DNA of 64,000 bases from Macrostomum lignano. Its lineage: Eukaryota. This document shows, one piece after another, positions 24,506-36,070 of the stretch. Below the pieces are notes generated by a model. It searched no databases and was not told the origin of the DNA. It saw nothing but the letters and a program-made list of their open reading frames with translations. The position numbers were made by a program, and so were the translations under genes. The DNA is taken from positions 124,001-188,000 of the forward strand of contig NIVC01000162.1 in the NCBI GenBank assembly GCA_002269645.1. Direction: 5' to 3'. Position 1 is the first letter of the stretch, and each line of letters starts with the position of its first letter.

Positions 24506-25135
24506 GTCTTTAACATTCTAGCTATGATTTTCCAACCAGACGTATGTAATCATCTTGAAAGCAATTATTTAAAAGCAAGACTTATTTGAAAGCTGATTCT
24601 CTTTAGGCGCAACGCCGGCTTGCAAATCGTCGATTTGTTGTTGTTATTCTCTTTAACCCAGGCAGTCTGTCTTCTTGGTTCAAATTGATAAATTAAATCC
24701 ACTGTTTCCCTCTCGAGATTCACACTCGGTGTTTGACGAAAACTGGAAAATGATGTTTAAATAAAGAAGCTGTTCTGACGCAGAGCGAGAGAGAGGATGG
24801 GTGAAAGAGGCGGCTCTGTCTCTATCTCCCTTCCTGATGTCCGAGAGCTGTTTGAAAGAATAAACAACAATTTATTTCGTGTTCGTTGCTGCGTTCTTTG
24901 TCGCCAAATTTCTTTTAAGTCAACTTCAAAGATAATCGGACTGCTGGCTTGGCTAGCCAGCCAATTAAGTTCAATTAGATGCTGTTTATGCAGCTGTCGC
25001 AGTCGTTTCGAAATCTGTATTGCAAATTATTTTATTTTTACTTTCTAATTGCTCCCAGACCAATTTACAAGATTGCCAGTAAAAAATTTTTAACGGATTT
25101 TTGCGATAATTCCCTTCTGTTTCTGTGCTATTTAA

Positions 25136-25400
25136 CAGCCTGTCTATCTGACAGCACAGCCTGTCTATCTGACAGCACAGCCTGTCTATCTGACAGCACA
25201 GTCTGTCTAACTGACAGCACAGTCTGTCTATCTGACAGCACAGTCTGTCTAACTGACAGCACAGTCTGTCTAACTGACAGCACAGTCTGTCTAACTGACA
25301 GCACAGTCTGTCTAACTGACAGCACAGTCTGTCTAACTGACAGCACAGTCTGTCTATCTGACAGCACAGCCTGTAACTGACAGAACAGCCTGTAACTTAC
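25136..25400. repeat. 21-bp minisatellite (ACAGCACAGTCTGTCTAACTG)
   Basis: Tandem copies. Confidence 0.95.
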
Positions 25401-25934
25401 AGCACAACCTCCAGGTCGTAAATCCTGTAGACATTTTTAAACTAATTTTGCGTCACACCCCGTGTCGAGAGCGAGGCCCATATTGTTTTGAGTCTTCCTT
25501 CATCAACAGGTTTTTGTTGCCAAATCTAAAAATAGGACGACAAATTGAGTTAAACAAAGAAGGAAAAGAATTGAGAAGAATGGGTGGGTTGGGCTGGGCG
25601 ACATTTTAATCAGTTTTTGTCTCGAGCTATCAATAAAGAGAAGCTGGCGGAGCGGAACAAGTGCCAGGGGAAACCTTTTCAGGCTGATTGAGCCTAAACT
25701 CGGGACCCTGGATTCTCGGTGTGTTTAACACGGCTTTTTGAAAGCTAACTGCAACTGTTTTTTTAGATTGACAGTTCAACCTCTCCTCATCGTTTTTATG
25801 CCCGAGCTGCGTTCTCTACCAAATCCCAATTGTGTCATGGCCAAGAGAGAGGCCAAGTACTGGCCTTCACTTTGTTCTTTTCGGCTATTGAAAATGGCAA
25901 AAATATCTACGTCTACATTGCTGCCTTTGCCACT

Positions 25935-26430
25935 GAATACACAACTGTGTGAATGACAACTGTGTGAATAGCAACTGTGTGAATAGACAACTATGTGAAT
26001 GACAACTGTGTGAAGACAACTGTGTGAATAGCAACTGTGAATACACAACTGTGTGAATAGCAACTCTGAATACACAACTGTGTGAATACACAACTGTGTG
26101 AATAGCAACTCTGAATACACAACTGTGTGAATAGCAACTGTGTGAATAGCAACTGTGAATACACAACTGTGTGAATAGCAACTCTGAATACACAACTGTG
26201 TGAATACACAACTGTGTGAATAGCAACTCTGAATACACAACTGTGTGAATACACAACTGTGTGAATAGCAACTCTGAATACACAACTGTGTGAATACACA
26301 ACTGTGTGAATAGCAACTCTGAATACACAACTGTGTGAATACACAACTGTGTGAATAGCAACTCTGAATACACAACTGTGTGAATACACAACTGTGTGAA
26401 TAGCAACTCTGAATACACAACTGTGTGAAT
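25935..26430. repeat. Composite minisatellite of GAATACACAACTGTGT and GAATAGCAACTCT units
   Basis: Tandem copies; the unit contains the palindrome ACACA-AC-TGTGT. Confidence 0.95.
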
Positions 26431-27012
26431 AGTAAAAGTGGGAATAGCATAAGCAACTATGTAAACAGACAAACTTTGTGCGAAGAAAATTGCATAAAAA
26501 TGGTAAACTTCGTGAATTCACAACTGTGAATCTTCCAATGCACAGCAGCCGTGATTATTCGAAATTGTCGGTGCGCTAAAAATCAGCTTCGATTGTGTTT
26601 TCTGTGTTCGCTTCCAATTAGCTCCCACCTGTGCCGCTGCTACGATGGAGTCTCTCAAAATCGCTTTTCTTTCTTTTTCAATTTAAACAAAATCTTGCTC
26701 ACCTGAACAGGCAATTATTGACAATTAGCGAGAAATTTCCAGCAAATTCTTCAAAGCGGCAAAAACAGAAGAGAACCACGGCCAAATTCGCGGGACCAGG
26801 TGAAAATTTAATAGAATAATTTTTTCCCAATTATAGCAATTCGCGCGTCCCAATTAGGACTTGAAAGTAAACCGATTTGAGGACTTTATTCCCAGAAATT
26901 CTTGCGCACTCGGCTGCGAAGAATCTCATAGCGCACCTGTTGCTACCCTGCTGGTGCATCTCAAAGGAGGAATAAGGATATGGAAAAAAAGCATCGCTCC
27001 TGCTCTTTATTC

Positions 27013-27439
27013 GGGAGCATGAGATTTGCCCGCCGAGATTTTTCCCGCCGAGGTTTGCCCGCAATGTTTATTCCTGCAGCGCATTTGGCCACGGCAGCTA
27101 GATTCTGTCTGCATTGCCCCCCATGCTTAGTACCGCGTAAGTCTTAATAAAGAGATTTGGGGGACATGGCATTTGCATGAATTAATAGCTCACCGATGTA
27201 CTCGTACCCCTGCATGTGTATAGAACACCTACAAGAAAATATGAATTTTATATGCAGCTACTATCAAAACGTTTTGATCGGCTGTAAATCTCTTTATTGA
27301 GACTTACTAAGCATTGGGGAGGCAATGCAGACAGAATCTGCCGCGTGGCTGAATGCACTGCAGGAAAAAAGCATTGCGGGCAAACCTCGGTGGGAAAAAC
27401 TCGGCGGGCAATTCGTCTGCGGGCAATTCTCATGGACCC
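27013..27439. mobile_element. MITE with roughly 120-bp TIRs, GGG termini and 8-bp TSD
   Basis: GGGAGCATGAGATTTGCCCGC.. versus ..GCGGGCAATTCTCATGGACCC; exact TSD CTTTATTC at 27005-27012 and 27440-27447. Confidence 0.9.
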
Positions 27440-27464
27440 CTTTATTCTGCGTTTTCCTGACTAA

Positions 27465-28100
27465 GTTCCTTTCTCTCTCTATCTCTCTCCCTTCTCTCTC
27501 TATCTCTCCCCTCCCTTCTCTCTCTATCTCTCTCCCTTCTCTCTCTATCTCTCCCCTCCCTTCTCTCTCTATCTCTCTCCCTTCTCTCTCTATCTCTCCC
27601 CTCCCTTCTCTCTCTATCTCTCTCCCTTCTCTCTCTATCTCTCCCCTCCCTTCTCTCTCTATCTCTCCCCTCCCTTCTCTCTCTATCTCTCTCCTCCCTT
27701 CTCTCTCTATCTCTCTCCTCCCTTCTCTCTCTATCTCTCCCCTCCCTTCTCTCTCTATCTCTCTCCTCCCTTCTCTCTCTATCTCTCTCCTCCCTTCTCT
27801 CTCATCTCTCCCCTCCCTTCTCACTCTTCCCTTCTCTCTCCTCCCTTCTCTCTCCTCCCTTCTCTCTCCTCCCTTCTCTCTCTTCCCTTCTCTCTCTTCC
27901 CTTCTCTCTCTATCTCTCTCCTCCCTTGTCTCTCCTCCCTTCTCTCTCCTCCCTTCTCTCTCCCTTGTCTCTCCTCCCTTCTCTCTCCTCCCTTGTCTCT
28001 CCTCCCTTCTCTCTCCTCCCTTGTCTCTCCTCCCTTCTCTCACTATTTTCTCCCCATCTCTCCTTTCTCGGTCTCTCCTTTCTTCTCTCTACGTCTCTCC
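27465..28100. repeat. CT-rich low-complexity tandem repeat (about 21-24-bp units)
   Basis: CCCTTCTCTCTCTATCTCTC(CCCT) units. Confidence 0.95.
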
Positions 28101-28674
28101 CTTCTCTCCCTTCTCTTTCATTCTCTTTCCCATATTTCTCGCTTCTTTACTGTTTGCCCTCACATTGTATCCTTTTCCCTCTTCATCTCACCGCTCTCCC
28201 GTCTACCTGGTTCCCGCGGACGCGAGAGCACATGCTGGCACGCACGTGGCCTATTTATCCTCATCGGATTCGCACCGACCAGCTGCAAATTTGCTTCCAC
28301 ACGGTGCCGCTAGGCCTATAAGCTGTACGAGTATTCCGATTCCCTTTCATCACCATCCGACTTTCTAGTATAGAAAAATTCATGTGCCCACGGAGCCGTG
28401 ACGAACTGCGGGGCAACTCACTATTAATCTATAATCCCGCCCCCATCCAATGTACTCTATAATTATAAGAAGGCTAAAAATACTGAAGTATAAGTTAGAA
28501 AGATCACATGCACCATTGAACACTTGCATTAGGCTGTCTCGTGTGAGCGTAGGCGTTGTATATTTGTCATAACAGAATCTTTCTTAAAATTAAATTTAGT
28601 AGACGCTTCTTTAGGATAGACGGCTGGGCAGAAACATTGTCAAGAAGGAATTTCTTCCCAAAATTTAATGGGTT

Positions 28675-29215
28675 GAGAAACGGTCAGTGGGGAATTTCTT
28701 CCCCCCGGGTTTAAATATGGTTGGAGAAACGGTCAGTGGGGAATTTCTTCCCCGGGTTTAAATATGGTTGGAGAAACGGTCAGTGGGGAATTTCTTCCCC
28801 GGGTTTAAATATGGTTGGAGAAACGGTCAGTGGGGAATTTCTTACCCGGTTTTAAATATGGTTGGAGAAACGGTCAGTGGGGAATTTCTTCCCCGGGTTT
28901 AAATATGGCTGGAGAAACGGTCAGTGGGGAATTTCTTCCCCGGGTTTAAATATTGATTGAGAAACGGTCAGTGGGGAATTTCTCTCCCGGGTTTAAATAT
29001 TGATTGAGAAACGGTCAGTGGGGAATTTCTCTCCCGGGTTTAAATATTGATTGAGAAACGGTCAGTGGGGAATTTCTTACCCGGGTTTAAATATGGTTGG
29101 AGAAACGGTCAGTGGGGAATTTCTTCCCCGGGTTTAAATATGGCTGGAGAAACGGTCACTGGGGAATTTCTTCCCCGGGTTTAAATATGGGTTGAGAAAC
29201 GGTCAGTGGGGAATG
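28675..29215. repeat. 47-bp minisatellite (GAGAAACGGTCAGTGGGGAATTTCTTCCCCGGGTTTAAATATGGTTG)
   Basis: Tandem copies at 47-bp spacing (e.g. 28724, 28771); no unique spacers. Confidence 0.95.
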
Positions 29216-29706
29216 AGTCTGGGGATAAATATAGGTGAAGAAATACTCAGTGGAGGGAATTTATTCCCCGATTAAGAACTCTACGTGAGAAACTCGACCA
29301 GTTTGTTTTCCAGTTTCCAGGAAAGACTGTCCCTCTTCATTTTTAAAACGCTCCCTGGCTAAAGCGCGTGCAGTGCCCTTGTTTCAATTCTTCGCTCAAG
29401 GCTTGCCCGGTTGCAGCTGGTTTTTCCTGGAATCGAGCCGCGGATCCTCCTCTAGATCAGCCTCTTGAGATTCCGTCGAACCCTCTGTACTAGCAAATTT
29501 GCCCATGTCATGATGAACTCTTCAGCCCACGCCCAGCCTCTGCTGGTGGAGCGCGTCCCCCACCCGGGCAGGGTCCGACGCAGGCGAGCGGAAGTAATTT
29601 GTATCTGCATGTTCCAATTCGAAAGTAATAGGAAAAATTTATTGTTATTACTCGTAGTCTGTTTGACCGACACACCCTTCTTACTGATCTGAATCAGGGT
29701 TCATGA

Positions 29707-30805
29707 TTCATCCCAAACTGCACCCCAAACTGCACGCCAAATTGCACCCCAAACTGCACCCCAAACTGCACCCCAAACTGCACCCCAAACTGCACCCCAA
29801 ACTGCACCCCAAACTGCACCCCAAACTGCACCTCAAAGAGCACGCCAAACTGCACGCCAAACTGCACCCCGAACTGCACCCCAAACTGCACGCCAAATTG
29901 CACCCCAAACTGCACCCCAAACTGCACCCCAAACTGCACCCCAAACTGCACCCCAAACTGCACCCCAAACTGCACCCCAAACTGCACCTCAAAGAGCACG
30001 CCAAACTGCACGCCAAACTGCACCCCGAACTGCACCCCAAACTGCACGCCAAACTGCACCCCGAACTGCACCCCAAATTGCACTCCAAACTGCACCCCAA
30101 ACTGCACGCCAAACTGCACCCCAAACTGCACCCCAAACTGCACCCCAAACTGCACCCCAAACTGCACGCCAAACTGCACCCCAAACTGCACTCCAAACTG
30201 CACCTCAAACTGCACCCCAAACTGCACTCCAAACTGCACCCCAAACTGCACCCCAAACTGCACCCCAAACTGCACCTCAAAGAGCACCCCAAACTGCACC
30301 CCAAACTGCACCCGAAACTGCACCCCAAACTGCACCCCAAACTGCACCCCAAACTGCACCCCAAACTGCACCTCAAACTGCACCTCAAAGAGCACCCCAA
30401 ACTGCACCCCAAACTGCACCCCAAACTGCACCCCGAACTGCACCCCAAACTGCACTCCAAACTGCACTCCAAACTGCACGCCAAACTGCACTCCAAACTG
30501 CACTCCAAACTGCACCCCAAACTGCACCCCAAACTGCACCCCAAACTGCACGCCAAACTGCACCCCAAACTGCACTCCAAACTGCACCCCAAACTGCACC
30601 CCAAACTGCACCCCAAACTGCACGCCAAACTGCACCCCAAACTGCACCCCAAACTGCACCCCAAACTGCACCCCAAACTGCACGCCAAACTGCACCCCAA
30701 ACTGCACTCCAAACTGCACCCCAAACTGCACCCCAAACTGCACCCCAAACTGCACGCCAAACTGCACCCCAAACTGCACCCCAAACTGCACGCCAAACTG
30801 CACCC
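29707..30805. repeat. 12-bp minisatellite (CCCCAAACTGCA), about 90 copies
   Basis: Tandem copies; the variant CTCAAAGAG recurs at 156-bp spacing (29832, 29988). Confidence 0.97.
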
Positions 30806-31544
30806 AGTTGACTAATGCCATAATTATATGTTGCGATTAAAACTGTTGTGAAATCCCTATTGCAGCCGTCTCTGCATTTTGCCTGAAATTTTCCCAACTC
30901 TAGCGATTAAAACTCCGCTCTAATCGCTGCTTATCGGCACTTGTCTTTTGAGGTAAATTCCGGAAATTGCTGGGGATGCGTCTTCAAAGAGCAGAAAAAG
31001 CGAAGTAAAAAAAGTGTTGAAGAAAAGTTGCTCCCGGCGGCAGCTGCGCTAACGGCAAAGCCTGGCTGCTCAAAAAAGCAGGAAAACCTGTTTGATCAAC
31101 CAGACAAGCCAACCCCAAGACTCCAACTGCTCCGGCCTCTGCCCGCCGATGCACCGTAAGGATGTGGCGGATAAACAAGCCAATTAAATGGGCGGCCGGG
31201 GGCTGCAGCGCACCGAAGTCAGTCAGCTGCTGTAGCTGGCAGACCAAGCCAAGACGCGGTGCAGCCATCACCGCCAGCTATGATAGTCATAAATCATGCC
31301 CATGCAAGAGTGCGAAGCACTTCATCGGATGCATGACTAGCATTGTTGCAGCTATATTTTCAATCGCTGCTGTATGGGGGGCTATGCAGGTAAACCAACA
31401 CTGCTAATTTAAAAAAGACTGATTGAACTGCGTGAAGAGTGGTGTCCCTGATACAAGCACAAAATTAAAGTGGCATCAGTGGCGTCCTGACGCGGACAAT
31501 AAAAAGTGACGCCGAAAAACAAGGAACCACCGACACAGATAAAT

Positions 31545-31860
31545 AAATGGCACTACTATCACCGAAACACAAAATAATGGCACTCCTGACACCAAAACAA
31601 AATAGTGGCACTCCTGACACCAAAACAAAATAGTGGCACTCCTGACACCAAAACAAAATGGTGGCACTCCTGACACCAAAACAAAATGGTGGCACTCCTG
31701 ACACCAAAACAAAATAGTGGCACTCCTGACGCTGATACAAAAGTGGCACTCCTGCCATTGAAAAGTGACACCAACTTTCGACACAGACACTGTGGCGCTC
31801 CTGACGCTGACACAAAAGTGGCACTCCTGACACAGACAAAAAATGACACCCCTGACGCCG
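31545..31860. repeat. 28-bp minisatellite (GTGGCACTCCTGACACCAAAACAAAATA)
   Basis: Tandem copies degenerating at both ends. Confidence 0.9.
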
Positions 31861-32067
31861 ACTAAGGCGCGTCTGCGACGCGCTGTCAGCCATGCACCCA
31901 CCTCGTGATCTGCCATCTGCCGCTCTGTAAAGAGCTGACAAAGAGCCGCTCCGCGCGCCAATCACTGCGGCCGCTTTTGGAGTGGCCAGCAAAACCTGGC
32001 AGATCTGTGCAGCAAATCGCCGAACGCACCTGCCCTCCCCCCCCCTGTCCCACCCCAAAATCCAGTC

Positions 32068-32073
32068 TATAAA
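32068..32073 (+). promoter_or_regulatory. Candidate TATA box of the insulin-like peptide gene
   Basis: TATAAA about 125 bp upstream of the first splice donor (32198). Confidence 0.45.
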
Positions 32074-32195
32074 TTCGGCAACAGACAGCGGCCTAAACGG
32101 CAGCTCTCTCAGCTCGATCCTCCAGCTTCTCCTGCCCGACACTGCCGAATCGCTTCCCTATAATTGATTCAATAGGAAATCACCTGCTAAGCAAA

Positions 32196-32991
32196 ATGTA
32201 AGTCAATGATTTTCGAATCACGTTTTTTCAAAAAAGCACCAAACAGTTTGTCCAATACAATCTAATCGTCACCTGCCCCCCCCCTCACCGCCGCAGGAGT
32301 TCGACACTTGTGACTGTCGTTTGCACAGGAAAAAGCTGCAGTCTCGGTGGCGGTCGGCTGCCACTGCTGCTGCTGCTGCTCGCCCTGTCAGCTGGGGCGG
32401 CCATGGCCGAGGACGCCCGCAGGGTCAGCCGAGCCGTTGGTCCGTTCGACAGCTACGAAGAGGTCAGTCGTGAGAGCAGCTGGCAGCCCCATGCGTTGCA
32501 TACAATTTTATCCGATGCCGCATCGCTAAAAGACCCGCATGACTTTTTTCCAGATTAGCTTGTCGCCAAACTCAAAGATTTACAAGGCGTGCGGTTTGCC
32601 GCTGATGATCCTGATGACTCGCGCCTGCAGGCGTCACGGCGGACTCTACGTGCCGGCTAAGGACCCGGTGCTGGAGGAGTTCGGCAGTCTGTCCAAAAGT
32701 GAGTTGCTCTGCTCAGCCGCCCCCCCCCCCTGAAAAACTCCCTAATGCCGCCGATGCATCGTAATTTGAGAATCGAAAATTTCCATTGCAGCCACGAAAA
32801 TGCCCCCCGTCGGAGCCGGAGGCGTCAGGAACCCCTGCAACAGACCCGACATCGGGCAGCGCGACCCGTTCCTCCAGTGCTGCTGCAACTACTGCTCGGA
32901 GAGGACACTGCGCGGCTTTTGCTCTGACGACGCGCGCCACGCCTCCCAGCAGCTTTTCCTGATGGCCCGGCCGGGCAAGAGGTCCAATTAA
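32196..32991 (+). CDS. Insulin/IGF-superfamily peptide precursor, 4 exons, 170 aa
   Basis: Exons 32196-32197 (AT), 32297-32462, 32554-32698, 32792-32991, all GT-AG and in frame. Hydrophobic signal RLPLLLLLLALSAGAAMA, B-chain CGLPLMILMTRAC (C-X11-C), A-chain CCCNYCSERTLRGFC (CC-X3-C-X8-C). Confidence 0.88.
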
Positions 32992-33835
32992 CAAACTCAA
33001 TAACACCTGGCAACTGTGAATTTTGAGTAATTCATTAATTATCTAGTAAGTCTTCGACAGGCTGTGTCGAACCCCGCCGAGTGCGTCCGGATAATGTTTT
33101 GTCCCTGCTCCGACGCGCCAATCCTGTAGAGTTTCTGTAGAAGTCCGGCCGCACCGCCCCACCATATGTGTTTTCAAGCCGCAAAAATACACGGAACTCG
33201 CCTTCTCTCCCGCTTTTCAACTCAAAGAACCCTTATTGAAACAGCAATAGCAATGCAATTTTTGTAACGAAGTGTCTTATGATATTCTTAGTAATTTTGG
33301 CGCGCGCCCACTGCAGCACGCGATAGCTCAGACAGGAATATTGATACAAGTCGCCTTTAGGAGCTGACGGCTACTTTTTAAATTCAATTTTGAAGCAAAA
33401 TTTCAAATTCGTGCACAAGCCCCAAACGGATCAAGCCCACTGCAGGGGGTTGTGGCGCAAGAGTCAGACGAGTACTTCAAATTTATAATAATTTGCTTTA
33501 GCGAACGGCAATACAATTAATTTCTATTTGTTTTCCACGAGAGATCACGTGACTGACTTCATAAAGCTATCGATTAAAGTTTTTTCTCTGCTATTTACAG
33601 AAAACCAATCATAAAATCGCAAAAAATGGTGCGAGGTCGCGTTGTAATTTAGGACAGTTTTGTTTCAATTTAGACCGCATACATTTATCGCGGATGTCAG
33701 GACGCAAGTTTGTTAATTCGCTGTTGGACACATTTTTAAGCCAGAGTTGAAGCATTTTGGAGAATTTTTCTATTTTTAACTTTGATTTATGACAAAAAAT
33801 CAAGTTCTTTTGCGCTCAGCCACTCTAGCCAAGAC

Positions 33836-35336
33836 CATAGATAATAAAAACACTAGATGGGTCACTCGCCTATTTAATGAATAAGCTACTTTTAATTGGG
33901 CGTCTGTATAGAGTTTTTTTATATATTTGTGCATCAAGTAAAATTTTATTATGATGCAGATTGAAAAGTATGACATTTCAGGTCTTCATTTTTCTATCAC
34001 ACGGACGGGCAATGAAAACTTTGAACAAAAATGTGGGCTTCGTAAAAAATTGTTAATAGTGGCATGCACGTAGCACTTGTGTATTTTTATGCACAGGTCA
34101 TATCAGCTTTTCATATAAACAAAGATGATTTCACAAAAATAAGTATTATACATGTGTAGCAATGGGGAACGACAAAAGCATTTATAAAAACCAAATAAAG
34201 TTTTTTAGTTTAAGCTAGTTAGTTGAACTTAGAAGCAAATGTGCATCAACAAATTGAAGAAGAATGACAGAACGAAATACTGTCTCGAAATACTGATACT
34301 AAATGTTTATTTGTATCAATAAACATTTATTGATACAAATGTTTATTACAAATACAAAGGTTAATTGGGTTTACTCATCTTTCTGCTTGCTGAGCATCGC
34401 ACTGTCCTATCCTTCAGCGATTTGGCCTCACAGCGGCACCAGTGATGCAGCCTGAGACAAGCGAACTTGACGCACGGAGCACGAGGGGAAAGTCACATTT
34501 GCGTGTCGGAAGCGTCTCAATATTGAATGGCTCACGAGATTCTGCAGCAATTTAGTCTTCGGTAGTGAGCCAAAAAAGATTCCAAAAGACTGAAACTTTC
34601 CAGAACTGCTTACGATGGTGCTGTCAATCCAGTGTGAACAACACTGTACTGCTTGTTGGCCAAGTGAACTCCAGATGGGATTTGAGCGGTCAGAGTTTCC
34701 TTGCAATCCAGGCAATCCAGTGCACCACTTTTTGCTACACGTAGCCAGCAACATATTCCATGGCTTCGATTGATGTGTCAGGAGAAGCAAACTGCATTGA
34801 AGCCCCTCATCTGTGCGTGTCGTCGGCACGGTTTCGGCAAAAGATGCGCTTGATCCGGCTGGTAAATTTGGCTCTGTGCAGACGTCTTGCAACTTTTTTC
34901 TCATCAGCTTCATGGTAACTTCACAAACGCCCTCTTCCTGAAAGGACAATCTGATGCGCCGCTTAATTGACGTTTTCTCTCTGAAGTGGCTTCTCCCTGA
35001 TTAGTCTTGGCAACACTTGGAAAACAAAATAGCGTACTTGCAAAGGAGAAAAGTTAGACAAATATACTCCTTGCTTAGCTCTGATTTCTCATAGGAAAGC
35101 CATGGTGAACCCCTACAACTACTTTTTGATTCTCCCTCGTAGTAAGCTGAATTTCGTTGCTAGAAACTTTTGTCTATGGCTCAAACCATAGCGCTGACGT
35201 GGAAAAACAGGGAGAATTATATTTAACACATTATATTTGATAGTCTTGCGCGCTCATATGCCCAGAAGAGAGTAGGCTATTCAGACATCGAGCGAATTTG
35301 CATTAAGTGACCCATCTAGTGTTTTTAGTATCTGTG
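33836..35336 (-). mobile_element. Internally deleted P-element-like DNA transposon
   Basis: About 30-bp TIR CA(T/C)AGATA(A/C)TAAAAACACTAGATGGGTCAC; exact 8-bp TSD GCCAAGAC (33828-33835, 35337-35344). Minus-strand remnants IEAMEYVAGYV (34770-34738) and KFACLRLHHWCR (34468-34433) resemble the P/THAP9 transposase C-terminus. The element is solid; the superfamily call is moderate. Confidence 0.8.
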
Positions 35337-35699
35337 GCCAAGACCATTGTCCATAAGACACAGCCTGGCGTAATGGCAAACTCAAATGGCCATTAGCCAG
35401 CTTTAGCAGGCGTTTGAACCACAGACGATTCGCCACTCGTGATTGCGGTCATTATCTATATAAAAAACATACCGAATAATCTCCCATTGTATCTCGCTAG
35501 TGCGTGTGTTAAGAAATCTTACTGTGTGAGAAACGCATGCAGTTGTCTATGGTTTGAACACATTAAACGAAGCGCGGGCAGCGTGAACAAAACCAAGGAG
35601 TTCTATAATTAGCAACCCTAATTTTAGAACTCCTTGACAAAACGCATCCCAGCGTGTAAGAAACGCAGTGTCTGGACCATAGACAACTGCGTCGATTAC

Positions 35700-36070
35700 A
35701 CGCTGACCAAAATCAATGAAAGTACGATGTCTATGTATTTTTTTCAAGATGCAACCAAGTAACTGATATATAAACAGAGCATGTCCCTAACCACGAAACA
35801 CACAGTTTTAGAGCTGTCCCTGGAAATTGAACACAATATAGGTCGATTGCCATTGGTAGACAGATCCATGGTAACAGTGTGGCAGCCGGTACATGTATTG
35901 ACTGACTGACCATTGTCACTGACTCGATGGTTGAAACAACCGCGCCTTCTTGCCTGGCAGCTGTTGGCATAGTTGCCAACATCCGCTCCAGACACAGGAA
36001 CTGGGATTACCCGCTTTCTCAATTCGGGTGATACCAGATCCTTGCCATCAGAATGCAGCGACATATCATG
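35700..36070 (-). pseudogene. Possible P-type transposase catalytic-region remnant
   Basis: Frameshifted fragments EGAVVSTI / VSDNGQSVN and LHLEKN resemble the P transposase VSDxGxxN and DxxHLxK motifs. Confidence 0.4.

Noticed and set aside
23864-28368. SL-repeat and ER-repeat ORFs
   Set aside because: CT/GA microsatellite translations.
29694-30897. Long ORFs of 362-375 aa (VQFG, HPKL, CSLG repeats)
   Set aside because: Several frames on both strands are open only because the 12-bp unit lacks stops; no splice or homology support.
32310-32558. Track ORF starting at GTG 32310 as a stand-alone gene
   Set aside because: It is exon 2 of the insulin-like gene read through into intron 2.
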